Source of the DNA: Nitrospira sp.
GTDB taxonomy: Bacteria > Nitrospirota > Nitrospiria > Nitrospirales > Nitrospiraceae
Reading direction: 5' to 3'
Length of the DNA stretch: 64,000 nt
Assembly (NCBI GenBank): GCA_047150005.1
Contig: AP038806.1
Location: 96,001-160,000, forward strand
In this document: positions 20,830 to 31,352 of the stretch, piece by piece
Numbering within the stretch: the stretch's first letter is position 1
Layout: the number at the start of each line of letters is the position of its first letter
Translations under genes and position numbers: made by a program
The notes under the pieces: model-generated
Database searches by the model: none
Told to the model about the DNA's origin: nothing
Seen by the model: only the letters and a program-made list of their open reading frames with translations

Positions 20830-22192
20830 ATGGTCGTTTCAGCATGATGGCGTCAAAATAGGTCTCCGGCACCGGGTGCGGCAGGCGCAACTGACCGCCG
20901 CCGAACGTCACGTACTTCTCGCAGGTCAGTTGATCGAGGCCGATGGGCCCCTTCGCATGGAGCCGCGACGTACTGAGCCCGATGTCCGCGCCCAGACCGA
21001 AGCCGTCGCCGGCGTTCAGCCGCGAGGAGGCATTGACCATCACCGACGCCGCGTCAACCTCTCGAGTAAATCTCATCGCGGACGCGTAGTTGGTGGTGGC
21101 GATGACGGCGGTCAGGACCGGGCCGTGCTGGGCGATGTGCTGCAGGGCCTCGTCCAAGCCGGTCACCATCTTCACGGCCAGCAGAGATCGTTCGAACTGC
21201 GTCGTCCAGTCTTCTTCCGTGGCCGGCTTGATGGACGTGTGTCCGCTCATGGCCATCTGTCCCATCAGCGCGATCGTCTTCGGGCAGCCGCGCACTTCGA
21301 TCTTGAATTCATCGAGGAGCCGGTTGATGAGCGCCGCTAAAAATTGCCGGCCCACCACCTGCTGCACCAGCAGCGTATCGAGCGCATTCGGCGCGCCGGC
21401 CAGCTGCGCTTTGGAATTGATGACGATGTTCTGTGCCATGGGAATGTCGGTATCGGCATCGACGTACAGATGGTTCAAGCCCCCGTCGTGACACAGTATC
21501 GGCATTCTCGCTCCCTCGAGCACCGCCTTGCGCAGGCCCGGGCCGCCTCGCGGGATGATCGCATCGAGATGCTTGCCCGCCCGGATCAGTTCGACCGCCA
21601 CCTCTTTCTCCTGGCGCTCGACCAGCACCCACGCGCCGGCCGGCACGCCTTGCCGCTCCGCCGCTTCCCGCAACGCTTTGCCGATGACCTGATGCGTCAA
21701 GGTCCACTCCGGCGCTCCGCGGAAAATGCAGGGGTTGCCCGCCTTGAGACAGAGCGCAATGGATTCGACGGTCACCAGCGGTTTCCGTTCCGAAATCACG
21801 CCGATCACCCCGATCGGGACGCGTACCCGGGAAACTTGGAGCCCGTCCGGCTGTTCCCACCGAGCGGTCACGGCTCCGACGGGATCGGCACCGTCCGCGA
21901 TCGTCCGGAGACGCTCCGCCATCTCCTTAATGTCGTCGGCCTGGATACGTACCCGTGCGACCGCCGCCTTGAGGCGATCTTTGTTCGACTCGCCTTCGAA
22001 AGATTTTCCCAACGCATCGACGTCCTGATCGTTGGCGGCAAGGATCGCTTCCGCATCGGTCTCGATTCGCTCGGCCATGGCTCGCAGAGCCTTGTCTTTG
22101 ACCGGCCCCGGCAGCAACGCGACAGGAGAGGACATTTTTCTAATTTCTTTCAATAATTTATCGACATATATCTTAACTGGAACTTCAAGCAT
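20828..22192 (-). CDS. Gamma-glutamyl phosphate reductase (ProA) homolog, catalytic Cys absent
   Basis: RVPIGVIG, IPRGG, VNASSRL.G, LHAKGP; GAPNALDTLLV replaces the usual CNAxETLLV. Confidence 0.85.
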   Translation of the reverse strand: MLEVPVKIYVDKLLKEIRKMSSPVALLPGPVKDKALRAMAERIETDAEAILAANDQDVDALGKSFEGESNKDRLKAAVARVRIQADDIKEMAERLRTIADGADPVGAVTARWEQPDGLQVSRVRVPIGVIGVISERKPLVTVESIALCLKAGNPCIFRGAPEWTLTHQVIGKALREAAERQGVPAGAWVLVERQEKEVAVELIRAGKHLDAIIPRGGPGLRKAVLEGARMPILCHDGGLNHLYVDADTDIPMAQNIVINSKAQLAGAPNALDTLLVQQVVGRQFLAALINRLLDEFKIEVRGCPKTIALMGQMAMSGHTSIKPATEEDWTTQFERSLLAVKMVTGLDEALQHIAQHGPVLTAVIATTNYASAMRFTREVDAASVMVNASSRLNAGDGFGLGADIGLSTSRLHAKGPIGLDQLTCEKYVTFGGGQLRLPHPVPETYFDAIMLKRP

Positions 22193-22267
22193 CGGACCTC
22201 CTCCGTATCCCATGATCTCACCGCGCGACGCCGAACTATAGCACGCGATTTTTCGGACAGTAAACCA

Positions 22268-23563
22268 TCACCCCCTCGTCTCTCCATTGGCAATTCCGGC
22301 CTGCCGCCGGCGCTCTTCCTGCCGCGCGAGCGACCATCCCAACCAGGCCCAGCAGCAGGCGATCGGAACCAGCACCCACGAGATCTGCGCGGCCGAGATC
22401 CCGAGCGCCTTCACCCCGTTCACCACCCATCCGGTGACCGCGTCCCCGGCGCGGGAGACCGTCGTGTCGATGAAGTTCTTCGCTTTGTACTTTTCTTCTC
22501 GGGTGACGACGGTAAAGAGCACCTCTCGGGCCGGTTTCGAGACAGCATACTCCCCCACGCGGCGGACGACCGTAAAGAGCGCGTAGAACACCAGAAGCGG
22601 CGCCGTCCCGATCAGCGCAAATCCTGCGGCGCTGGCCAGGGGCAGTGCGACCAACGCTGCGGCCAATCCCAATCGGCCGATCAGCTGGCCGGTGACGAAG
22701 AGTTGCGTCAGGAATGTCATGACATTGACCGCGAGATCGATCGTCGCGAAGAGTCTGGTCCGGCTCTCCGGCGACGGGATCTGCTCGCTGACCAACCGCG
22801 CCTGCTCCAGGTACAGGAAGGTCGCCGTCGTCGTGAGGCAAAACAGATAGAGACAGATCCCCAACAAATAGGGTGACGAGACGGCGAGCCGGACTCCCTC
22901 CCACATGCCGCCTCCAAGCGGGTGTCCGGCCTGTGCGTCTCGGATCTCCGGCCGAGCGGAAGCCCATTCGTGCAGGCGGTGGATACAGAGCCCGCAGGCG
23001 GCGAGAAATCCCGCCGACAGCAGCATCAGCCACGGAATGGGCGCCACGTACGTGACGGTCGCCGCCACGATCGGTCCGCACATGGCGCCCGTGCTGCCTC
23101 CGGCGGCGATCACCGCGAACAGCCTGGCGCCCTGGGCCGGCGTGAAGAGATCGGCCATGAAGCTCCAAAATACCGACACGACGAACAGGTTGAAGACGGA
23201 CAGCCAGACGAAGAACATGCGCGCCACCCACGCCGGCGCCGTGTGGCTCACCATGAGCAGAAAAAATCCGACGAGATTGGCGCCGAAAAATGTGTAGACG
23301 CTCAGGAGCAGCTGATGGCGCGGCACGCGAGCCGAGAGATACCCGAACAGCGGCGTCACCGTCAGCAGGGCGACAAAGGTGGCGGTCATCATCCAGGGAA
23401 GATGCTGCACACCGCCTTCGATGGCCATCTCGTCCCGCACCGGACGGAGAATATAGTAGCCGCACAACAGGCAGAAGAAATAGAGGAACGACCAGGCCAC
23501 CGGCACGACCTCGTCGGGCTCCGCCCCGGTCACGGTTTGAATGGTCGAGCGCACGCGCGTCAC
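22268..23563 (-). CDS. MFS transporter, ATP/ADP translocase-like family
   Basis: [28 protein letters not shown]; many TM helices. Confidence 0.82.
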   Translation of the reverse strand: MTRVRSTIQTVTGAEPDEVVPVAWSFLYFFCLLCGYYILRPVRDEMAIEGGVQHLPWMMTATFVALLTVTPLFGYLSARVPRHQLLLSVYTFFGANLVGFFLLMVSHTAPAWVARMFFVWLSVFNLFVVSVFWSFMADLFTPAQGARLFAVIAAGGSTGAMCGPIVAATVTYVAPIPWLMLLSAGFLAACGLCIHRLHEWASARPEIRDAQAGHPLGGGMWEGVRLAVSSPYLLGICLYLFCLTTTATFLYLEQARLVSEQIPSPESRTRLFATIDLAVNVMTFLTQLFVTGQLIGRLGLAAALVALPLASAAGFALIGTAPLLVFYALFTVVRRVGEYAVSKPAREVLFTVVTREEKYKAKNFIDTTVSRAGDAVTGWVVNGVKALGISAAQISWVLVPIACCWAWLGWSLARQEERRRQAGIANGETRG

Positions 23564-23670
23564 AGGGCGGCATCCTGACGGGCACGCCAGGTGGGTGCAA
23601 GCGGAAAATCCCCGGAAGATCGTCGGCCCGGGACTTTTTTCCCGCCTCCCGCTGTGGTATGCACTCTGGG

Positions 23671-24705
23671 ATGACGGTGATCGACCTTCGCAGCGACACG
23701 GTGACGAAGCCGACCGCGGCCATGCGAAAAGCCATGGCGCAGGCCGACGTCGGCGACGACGTCTACGGGGAGGACCCGACCGTCAACAGACTTCAGGACA
23801 CCGTCGCGGCCCTGCTCGGGAAAAAGGCCGCCCTCTTCGTGCCTTCCGGCACCATGGCCAACCAGTTGGCCATCCGCGTGCACACGCAGCCGGGCCAGGA
23901 AGTCATCGCGGAGAGCAAGGCGCACATCGTACGGTATGAACAAGGCGCGGCCGCCGCCCTCTCGGGCGTGCAGCTGCACTGCATCCCCGGAGATCGCGGC
24001 CTCATGAGTGCCGAACAGGTCGAGGCGGCGATCAGGCCGACCGATCCCCACACCGTGCGGACCGCGTTGATCTGCATCGAAAACACGCACAACAGCGGCG
24101 GCGGCACGATCTATCCCCTCTCGACGATCGAACGAATCAGAGCCGTCGCCGCCGACCGCCGCATTCCGATGCACCTGGACGGCGCCCGATTGTTCAACGC
24201 GGTGACCGCGACCACGCTCCCGGCCGCATCCTACGCCCAGCATTTCGAAACCGTGTCGCTCTGCCTGTCGAAGGGGTTGGGCGCGCCGGCCGGCTCGCTG
24301 CTCGCGAGCAACGACCTCGCCCTCATAGACCGGGCCCGCCGGTTCAGGAGAATGTACGGAGGCGCCATGCGCCAAGCGGGCGTGCTCGCGGCGGCCGGGC
24401 TCTATGCGCTGGAGCATCATGTCGCGCGGTTGAAGACGGATCACGACAACGCCAAGCGTCTCGCCAGACGTTTGCAGCAGATTCCCACCGTCGCGATCAG
24501 CCCGCAGCACGTTGAGACGAACATCATCGTCTTCGAGGTCGTGAGCCACCGCCTCGCGCCCGCCGCGCTCGTCGCGGCCCTCAAGCAGGAAGGCGTGTTG
24601 ATCAACGCCGTCGGCGGAACGAGTTTCCGCGCCGTCACCCACCTCGACGTCTCGACGGAGGCGATCGACCACGCGGCCGACATCTTCGCTCGCGTCCTCA
24701 GGTGA
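23671..24705 (+). CDS. ltaE: Low-specificity L-threonine aldolase
   Basis: [31 protein letters not shown]. Confidence 0.93.
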   Translation: MTVIDLRSDTVTKPTAAMRKAMAQADVGDDVYGEDPTVNRLQDTVAALLGKKAALFVPSGTMANQLAIRVHTQPGQEVIAESKAHIVRYEQGAAAALSGVQLHCIPGDRGLMSAEQVEAAIRPTDPHTVRTALICIENTHNSGGGTIYPLSTIERIRAVAADRRIPMHLDGARLFNAVTATTLPAASYAQHFETVSLCLSKGLGAPAGSLLASNDLALIDRARRFRRMYGGAMRQAGVLAAAGLYALEHHVARLKTDHDNAKRLARRLQQIPTVAISPQHVETNIIVFEVVSHRLAPAALVAALKQEGVLINAVGGTSFRAVTHLDVSTEAIDHAADIFARVLR

Positions 24706-24761
24706 CCGCCGCGCATTGACAGTGCCGCCATCCAAATCTAGAATGCGTGACGAAAGGACAC

Positions 24762-24992
24762 ATGTCGCCGTTGCAGGCCGTTTCATTCGCCCAAATCAGC
24801 CGAATTCTCGAATTGACCGATCGTCTCGGGTTGAATCGCGAATGGGTGGAAATTCCTCTCTCACCTGAACAGCCCGGTCTCGTGCGGCGCCTGGCGAACG
24901 GAAAGCTGGAGATCGTGGTCGACGCGGACGAGCCGTTTGAGCACTGGCTCGCGTCGCTCGAAGCACGAATTCTTGAGATCCAGCGATCATAA
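24762..24992 (+). CDS. Small hypothetical protein
   Basis: AAAGGA RBS; apparently in an operon with the next gene. Confidence 0.6.
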   Translation: MSPLQAVSFAQISRILELTDRLGLNREWVEIPLSPEQPGLVRRLANGKLEIVVDADEPFEHWLASLEARILEIQRS

Positions 24993-25010
24993 AGGAACCG
25001 AGGCCCGTAC

Positions 25011-25799
25011 GTGATGGACACCGACCAAACCAAGACGCTGCCGAGCCGTGAAGAGTTGCAGGCTGAACTCCTGGCCGTTCCCGAACCGCCCGAGCAGCCG
25101 GAGCCGGTCAACGAGCCGGGCTTCGAAGAACTCGTGCAACTGGCGCTGCGTCACGCAAAGGGACGCCGAGGCGGCGATCTGGTCAGCGTCATTCTGGTCG
25201 GCTCGGGCGCTCGACGCTCCGTCACGGCACACAGCGACATCGACCTGATCGCGCTGGTGAAGGGCCAGGCTGACGCGCACGAAATCGTGCGGGTCGCGGC
25301 CCGGCTGGCGGACATTCGATATCACGGACATCATGAACTGGAAGACGAACTGTCCTATTCGCCCCGTTTGCCGCCGCTGCTGCGCAAGGGCCGGATCTTG
25401 TTCGACCATGACACGATCGGCGCCAAGCTGATCGAGCGGGCGAACCAACGGTTCCGCCAGGGACCGTCTCCCGCCAGCGTCAACGAACAGATCCGCTTGA
25501 AAGCGCAATGCCTGCACTGGCTGGGCAAGGCCCAGGATCTGGCGGACAAGCCGGCTGCGGCCAACTATCTGATGATGATGTTCTTCGACGACTACACGAA
25601 TGCGTTTTTCCGCCTGAAGGGCTTGTGGTTGACCGCCCCCGTCGACCTGGTGCGCTTCATAGCGTCCCGCGACCAAGCCTTGGGCGAGTTGGTTGGACGA
25701 TTTCTTACTGCAGGCACGCTTCCGGAGCGACTGAATATCGGCCGTGACTTGACGGATTTGCTGTTCCGGGAGGTGCCCAACCCCGCCAGAATCGACTAA
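25011..25799 (+). CDS. Pol-beta superfamily nucleotidyltransferase with C-terminal helical domain
   Basis: LVGSGAR...SDIDL motif. Confidence 0.7.
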   Translation: MMDTDQTKTLPSREELQAELLAVPEPPEQPEPVNEPGFEELVQLALRHAKGRRGGDLVSVILVGSGARRSVTAHSDIDLIALVKGQADAHEIVRVAARLADIRYHGHHELEDELSYSPRLPPLLRKGRILFDHDTIGAKLIERANQRFRQGPSPASVNEQIRLKAQCLHWLGKAQDLADKPAAANYLMMMFFDDYTNAFFRLKGLWLTAPVDLVRFIASRDQALGELVGRFLTAGTLPERLNIGRDLTDLLFREVPNPARID

Positions 25800-25880
25800 A
25801 CCGAGCCACGCGGATCTCCGTGGGGCATACAGGGCGGCGGATCTTCGACGACCGCTCCCGGGAACGACAAGGAGAGGATC

Positions 25881-26774
25881 ATGGAGCTGGGATTCATCGG
25901 ACTCGGCAAGATGGGCATGAACATGGTGACCCGTCTCCGCCGCGATCAACACCGGGTGGTGGTCTATGATCGTTCGGCCGATCTGGTCAGCCAGGCCGCC
26001 GCGCAGGGCTGCATCGGCACCGCCTCGCTCGCCGACCTCATCGCCCAATTGAGCGCGCCGAGAGCCGTCTGGTGCATGGTGCCGTCCGGGACGGCGACCG
26101 AGGAAACGGTCCAGACACTCGGAACGCTCCTGAAACCGGGTGACACCATCATCGACGGAGGCAATACGCACTTCCATGACGACGTCCGCCGAGCCGACGA
26201 ACTCAAACGCAAAGGCATCACCTACGTGGATGCCGGGACCAGCGGCGGTGTGTGGGGGCTGAAGGTCGGGTACTGCCTGATGGTGGGAGGAGAAGAACCG
26301 GCGGTCAAGCGCCTCGCGCCTATCTTCACGACGCTCGCGCCCGAGAACGGATGGGCCCACATGGGCGCCGTGGGGGCGGGCCATTATGTCAAGATGGTGC
26401 ACAACGGCATCGAGTACAGCATGATGCAGGGATACGCCGAGGGGTTCGAATTGATGTCGAAGAGCGACTATCGCCTGAACCTGGCCCGCATTGCCGACTT
26501 GTGGATGCAAGGGAGCGTCGTCCGTTCCTGGCTGTTGGAGCTGGCCGCCGGCGCCCTCAAGGAAGACCCGAAGTTGGAACACCTCAAGGGCTTCGTGCAG
26601 GACTCGGGCGAAGGGCGATGGATGATTGCGGATGCGGTCGAAAAGGCGGTGCCGGTCCCGACGCTGACTGCCGCGGTTTTCACCCGGTTTCGATCCCGCC
26701 AGGAAGACTCGTTTGCCGAGAAGATGTTGGCGGCCCTGCGCAACGCATTCGGTGGACACGCGGTCAAACGGTAA
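25881..26774 (+). CDS. gnd: 6-phosphogluconate dehydrogenase (decarboxylating, short form)
   Basis: GLGKMG, IDGGN, KMVHNGIEY, RNAFGGH. Confidence 0.95.
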   Translation: MELGFIGLGKMGMNMVTRLRRDQHRVVVYDRSADLVSQAAAQGCIGTASLADLIAQLSAPRAVWCMVPSGTATEETVQTLGTLLKPGDTIIDGGNTHFHDDVRRADELKRKGITYVDAGTSGGVWGLKVGYCLMVGGEEPAVKRLAPIFTTLAPENGWAHMGAVGAGHYVKMVHNGIEYSMMQGYAEGFELMSKSDYRLNLARIADLWMQGSVVRSWLLELAAGALKEDPKLEHLKGFVQDSGEGRWMIADAVEKAVPVPTLTAAVFTRFRSRQEDSFAEKMLAALRNAFGGHAVKR

Positions 26775-26786
26775 GCGATCCCCGCC

Positions 26787-28331
26787 ATGCCACCCGTCGC
26801 CAAAAAACTCGACGTCAAACCGGCCCCTGAAAGCCTGCCGCCCGCCGACCCCTGCACGCTGGTGATCTTCGGCGGATCGGGAGACCTGGCCCGCCGGCGA
26901 CTGATTCCGGCCTTGTACAATCTGCTCCTTGACAGATTGCTGCCGGCCAAGTTTGCGGTGTTGGGGCTCGGCCGCCGGACCATGTCGGACGAGGAATACA
27001 GATCGTCGTTGCGGGAGGGAGTCGCGAAATTTTCACGGCAGGCGCTGGACGAAGCAAAGTGGGCGGCATTTGCCGAGCACCTCTTCTATCTGGCCGGTGA
27101 GAACGAAGCACCCGACACCTTCACCGCGCTGAAGCGGCGCGCCGAAGAGCTTGAGAAGACGTTCGGTCTGCCGGGAAACCGCATCTTCTACCTGAGCATC
27201 CCCCCCAGTTCGTTCACGGCGGTCTGCGAGGGGCTGGCTCAAGCCGGGCTGGCCACTCCTCCATCTCCGTCCTCTCCCTACTCCCGCATCATCGTGGAGA
27301 AGCCGGTGGGTCGCGATCTCAACTCGGCCAAAGAGATCAACGCCGTGACCGGCCGCGTGTTCGACGAATCTCAGATCTTCCGGATCGACCACTACCTCGG
27401 CAAAGAGACCGTGCAGAATCTCATGGTCGTGCGGTTCGCCAACAGCATCTTCGAGCCGATCTGGAACCACAAGTACATCGACCATGTGCAGATCACGGTC
27501 AGTGAAACGGAGGGAGTCGGCACCCGCGCCTCCTATTATGAGGAAGCCGGAGCCTTGCGCGACATGGTGCAGAACCACATCCTGCAACTCCTCTGTCTGG
27601 TGGCGATGGAGCCGCCGTACTCGCTCGACCCGGACGTGGTCCGCAACGCCAAGATGGAGGTGCTCCGCTGTCTGCGCCCGATCGTCGGCAAGGACCTTGA
27701 GCGCTGTACGGTCCGCGCGCAGTATGCGCCTGGAACGATTCAGGGCCGGCCCGTGCCGGGCTATCGCCGCGAGAGCGGCGTCGATCCGAACAGCACGACG
27801 GAAACCTATGTCGCCCTCAAGTGCTTCGTTGAGAACTGGCGCTGGTCCGGTGTGCCGTTCTACCTGCGGACCGGTAAGGCGCTTCCCTTGCGGGCCAGCG
27901 AGGTCGCCGTCCAGTTCAAGGAAATCCCTCAGATCCTGTTCAACGCCAACGTGCAGCAGCCCCAACCGCCGAACGTGCTGGCGCTCCGGATTCAACCGGA
28001 GGAAGGGTTGTCGCTCCGCATCGTCTCACGGGTACCGGGCACGAGAGCGCAGACCCTCCCCGTAGAAATGGACTTTCGGTACGGCGAAGTGTTCGGGCAG
28101 GCCTCGCCGGAAGCCTATGAACGGTTGCTGCTCGACGTCATGACGGGAGATGCCTCCCGGTTCATGCGGCGCGACGCGGTCGAAGCGTCCTGGGCTTGGA
28201 TCACCACCATCTTGGAGGGTTGGCAACAGCAGGGGTCCCGCTGGCTCCCGGAATACCAGGCCGGTACCTGGGGACCGGTTGAAGCGGACCGACTGATCCA
28301 GGAAGACGGAAGACTCTGGCGCACGCTCTGA
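26787..28331 (+). CDS. zwf: Glucose-6-phosphate 1-dehydrogenase
   Basis: GGSGDLA, RIDHYLGKE, RDMVQNH. Confidence 0.97.
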   Translation: MPPVAKKLDVKPAPESLPPADPCTLVIFGGSGDLARRRLIPALYNLLLDRLLPAKFAVLGLGRRTMSDEEYRSSLREGVAKFSRQALDEAKWAAFAEHLFYLAGENEAPDTFTALKRRAEELEKTFGLPGNRIFYLSIPPSSFTAVCEGLAQAGLATPPSPSSPYSRIIVEKPVGRDLNSAKEINAVTGRVFDESQIFRIDHYLGKETVQNLMVVRFANSIFEPIWNHKYIDHVQITVSETEGVGTRASYYEEAGALRDMVQNHILQLLCLVAMEPPYSLDPDVVRNAKMEVLRCLRPIVGKDLERCTVRAQYAPGTIQGRPVPGYRRESGVDPNSTTETYVALKCFVENWRWSGVPFYLRTGKALPLRASEVAVQFKEIPQILFNANVQQPQPPNVLALRIQPEEGLSLRIVSRVPGTRAQTLPVEMDFRYGEVFGQASPEAYERLLLDVMTGDASRFMRRDAVEASWAWITTILEGWQQQGSRWLPEYQAGTWGPVEADRLIQEDGRLWRTL

Positions 28332-28344
28332 ACCAGCGAGGGAT

Positions 28345-28447
28345 CAGTCCTGAGTGCTGAGTCCTGAGTGCTGAGTGTTTAGTCCTGAGGGCTGAGTCCC
28401 AGGCGGACAGACGGGAGGCGTAACTCAGCACTCAGGACTCAGCACTG
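28345..28447. repeat. Heptamer (CTGAGT[G/C])n tandem array plus inverted copy, forming a long hairpin
   Basis: gtcctgagtgctgagtcctgagtgctgag ... actcagcactcaggactcagcac between convergent genes. Confidence 0.75.
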
Positions 28448-28773
28448 GCTCGTGAGGCTTCGCTGCTCAGCGCTTGTTTCAGGATTTCGTCCTTGGTGCC
28501 GATCCCGCCTATAAACCGATCGAATCGTCCCCCGCGATAGAGGGCCAGTGCCGGAAGCGATGAGATCTCCAGCTCGGCCGGAATCTGGTAGTTCTCCTCC
28601 ACGTTCATCTTGACGACGAGCAACTTGCCCGCCGTTTCCGCCTGCAGCTCGACGAGCCGGCGCAGCAGGGCCCGACAGCCTCCGCAGCCGGGCTTCCAGA
28701 ACTCCACCAGCACGGGCACCGGTGATCCTTCCACCAGGCGATCGAACGTTTGATCCGTGACGTCGGCGATCAT
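28432..28773 (-). CDS. Thioredoxin family protein (atypical PGCGGC site)
   Basis: PVLVEFWKPGCGGC, SLP cis-Pro loop. Confidence 0.85.
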   Translation of the reverse strand: MIADVTDQTFDRLVEGSPVPVLVEFWKPGCGGCRALLRRLVELQAETAGKLLVVKMNVEENYQIPAELEISSLPALALYRGGRFDRFIGGIGTKDEILKQALSSEASRASAES

Positions 28774-29411
28774 GCCCCGCGCCCCGGCGCATCCGGACAG
28801 ACCGGCTGGAAGATCTGATCGAACAGCAGCTCCGCGAACCGCCGATATCCCGCCGTCGTCAGATGGAGCCCGTCGTTCGAGTAGGGAGCCGCGAGCCGTC
28901 CCGTTTCGGGCTCCGCGGTGGCGGCGAACAGATCGACCGCGGCGAGCTTTTTGGAGTCGGCGTACGCGCGGATCAGCTCGTTCAGCTGCCGGCGCCGCTG
29001 CAGATGGTCTTCGATCCAGACGGCGGCGTCCGGCGCGCCTCCGTCGTCCGCGATCCGAACCGACGGCACCGTGACCGGCACTGGAATCACCCGCTCGGCG
29101 CGCGAAAGTTCGTACATCTTGAGCAGGTTCCGCATGATGTCCGACGGCCGGGCATTCCATCCGAGATCGTTGGTGCCGCCGAGGATCACCACATAGTCCG
29201 GACGGTGCGACAGGACGTCCTGCCGAAACCGCATGGCCATTTCGCTGGTCAGCTCTCCGCAGTTGCCGCTCACGCGGACCAGACTCGACGCGCCCAGCCA
29301 TTCCTGGAGAAAATCCCCATACGGCGTGTCTCGTCCGGTCGGATGGGAGGGAGTCGGCGATTGAAACCCGGCCGTCAGACTATCTCCGAAGCAGATGATG
29401 TGCCGCACCAT
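28770..29411 (-). CDS. SGNH/GDSL hydrolase
   Basis: GDSLTAG, GGTND, DGLH. Confidence 0.92.
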   Translation of the reverse strand: MVRHIICFGDSLTAGFQSPTPSHPTGRDTPYGDFLQEWLGASSLVRVSGNCGELTSEMAMRFRQDVLSHRPDYVVILGGTNDLGWNARPSDIMRNLLKMYELSRAERVIPVPVTVPSVRIADDGGAPDAAVWIEDHLQRRRQLNELIRAYADSKKLAAVDLFAATAEPETGRLAAPYSNDGLHLTTAGYRRFAELLFDQIFQPVCPDAPGRGA

Positions 29412-29542
29412 GCCGACCTCCGCCGGCGGAGTCTACCGCTCCTCAAACCCGATCGCAACCTCGGACAGATTGCGGCGCAATCCGGGGAAAAGAACGGTGA
29501 TTTTCTTGACGAATACCTGGATGACGGATAGGTGTACTGAAT

Positions 29543-31339
29543 ATGTCCGATCTCCAACGAGCGCAGGAAATGATGGCGGCGGCCATGGCCTCCAAGGCCT
29601 CGGACGATCCCGAAATCGGCTCCCTCAAACGTGTTCTCAAACTCCTGGACAAGACCGCCAAATCGAACCGAACCTACGGGTCGAGCAATCCCGTCGCCCA
29701 AAAATTTTCCCAACAATTGTTTGAAGAAATTTCCGCCCACCTCTCCAGTTATGCCAAGCTGACCTTCCTCGTCCAACGCTCGGCGTTGCTATGCCGGGAC
29801 CAGATCGTCTACCAGCCGGAATCCGACAGCGGCGGCGAGAGCATGGCCTTCAAACTGTATGCGGACGGCGTTCGCGAAGTCGCGCTCCTGCAAGGCCTGA
29901 CCCAGGAGGAACTGAGCTACTTTCTCGATTCCCTCTGGGGAGGCAATGATCCGGGAGCGGAGGACGACGACATCGTCACACGCCTGTGGTCCCAAAATCT
30001 CTCCACGGTCACGCTGGTGACGGCGGAAGAGGTCGCCAAAGCCTCCGGCGGCCACGAAGGCTTTCTCGTCCTCGACGCGGGCATGTCGTCCGAGTCCACG
30101 TTGAGGGAGCTGCTGGACCGGGAACGAGCCCGCACCAAGTCGCAAGCGTCGAGCGCAGCGACCGGCGGTGCGGCGGCCGGCGCCGAAACCGGCAGGCGGC
30201 TCTTCAAGTCCAACCTCATCGGCTACGAGGTCACCGACGGGGAGCTCGCGGCGCTGGCCAAGGAGATCGACGCGGAAACGAAGCGGGACGCCACGCTCTA
30301 TGTCCTGGACATGGCCACCGCCATCATGGCCTCGGAAAAAGCCCCGGCATTGCTGACGAAACTCCTCGGGCTGTGGGGCAACGTCGTGGACTCCCTACTG
30401 GGACAGGGAAGGTGGACCATCCTGGAGAACGTTTTGGGCGTGCTCCACGAAACCGGAGCGGTCCGGCCTGACCTCAGCGAGGAGCATAAGGCCCAGTTGG
30501 CGACCCTCTTCAACGGTCTGGGCCAGCCGGAACGGCTGAAGGCGATCGAATCGTATTTGAACCGGACGGCCGGCGCCGACACGGAAGGTCTCTCGACGAT
30601 CCTGCTTCTGATGAAACCGGATGCGGTCCAGGGAATCTGCGGGTTGATGGCGACGCTGGAATCGCCGGCCCACCAGGCCATCGTCGCCGAAGTCTTGCTG
30701 ACGGTGGCTAAGGACCATCCCGAGCCGCTGCTGCGCGGTCTGTCCGACCGCCGGGCCGGCTACGTGCGGAACCTGATCACGATCCTCATCAAGCTGAACA
30801 ATCCGCGCTTCATCGAATCGATCGATAAGCTGGTCCGATACCCCGACCCGCAGGTACGCAAGGAAGTCATCAGAGCCATGAGCGTGTTCCGTCCGAACGG
30901 AAACGGCGCAAGACTGGTGACCTTTGCCACGGACGCCGATGAAAGCGTCCGAGTGACCGCGTTCAAGCTCCTCATGTCGGGTCAATACACGACTCCGTTT
31001 TCGCTCTGGTCTCCGATTGTGTCATCCGAGGAATTCATGGAACGTTCGTTGAGCGAACGCCGGCTCATCTACCACGCGATCCGCGCTACTTGCGGCGACG
31101 AAGCGATCCCTCATTGGTCGCAGCTCTTCACAGAATGGCATTTCGCGAATCGGAAGAAGAAGGAGGAGCTGGCATTCTTGGCCGCGGAGGCCATGGGCAA
31201 GCTCGGCACCCCGGCCGCCGTCGCCGCCTTGGAACTCGGGCAGAAGAAGGGGGCCGCCCCCGTGCGGCAGGCCTGCGCCATGGCGCTGGCCCACATCAAC
31301 AAGCACCGCGGCAAACCGCCGATGGCGGCCGCCTCGTGA
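29543..31339 (+). CDS. HEAT-repeat protein
   Basis: C-terminal helical repeats (DPQVRKEVIRA, DESVRVTA). Confidence 0.75.
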   Translation: MSDLQRAQEMMAAAMASKASDDPEIGSLKRVLKLLDKTAKSNRTYGSSNPVAQKFSQQLFEEISAHLSSYAKLTFLVQRSALLCRDQIVYQPESDSGGESMAFKLYADGVREVALLQGLTQEELSYFLDSLWGGNDPGAEDDDIVTRLWSQNLSTVTLVTAEEVAKASGGHEGFLVLDAGMSSESTLRELLDRERARTKSQASSAATGGAAAGAETGRRLFKSNLIGYEVTDGELAALAKEIDAETKRDATLYVLDMATAIMASEKAPALLTKLLGLWGNVVDSLLGQGRWTILENVLGVLHETGAVRPDLSEEHKAQLATLFNGLGQPERLKAIESYLNRTAGADTEGLSTILLLMKPDAVQGICGLMATLESPAHQAIVAEVLLTVAKDHPEPLLRGLSDRRAGYVRNLITILIKLNNPRFIESIDKLVRYPDPQVRKEVIRAMSVFRPNGNGARLVTFATDADESVRVTAFKLLMSGQYTTPFSLWSPIVSSEEFMERSLSERRLIYHAIRATCGDEAIPHWSQLFTEWHFANRKKKEELAFLAAEAMGKLGTPAAVAALELGQKKGAAPVRQACAMALAHINKHRGKPPMAAAS

Positions 31340-31352
31340 GGAGCATTCCGTC

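Noticed and set aside
28345..28447. CRISPR array
   Set aside because: Units are contiguous 7-mers with no unique spacers, and there are no cas genes in the window.
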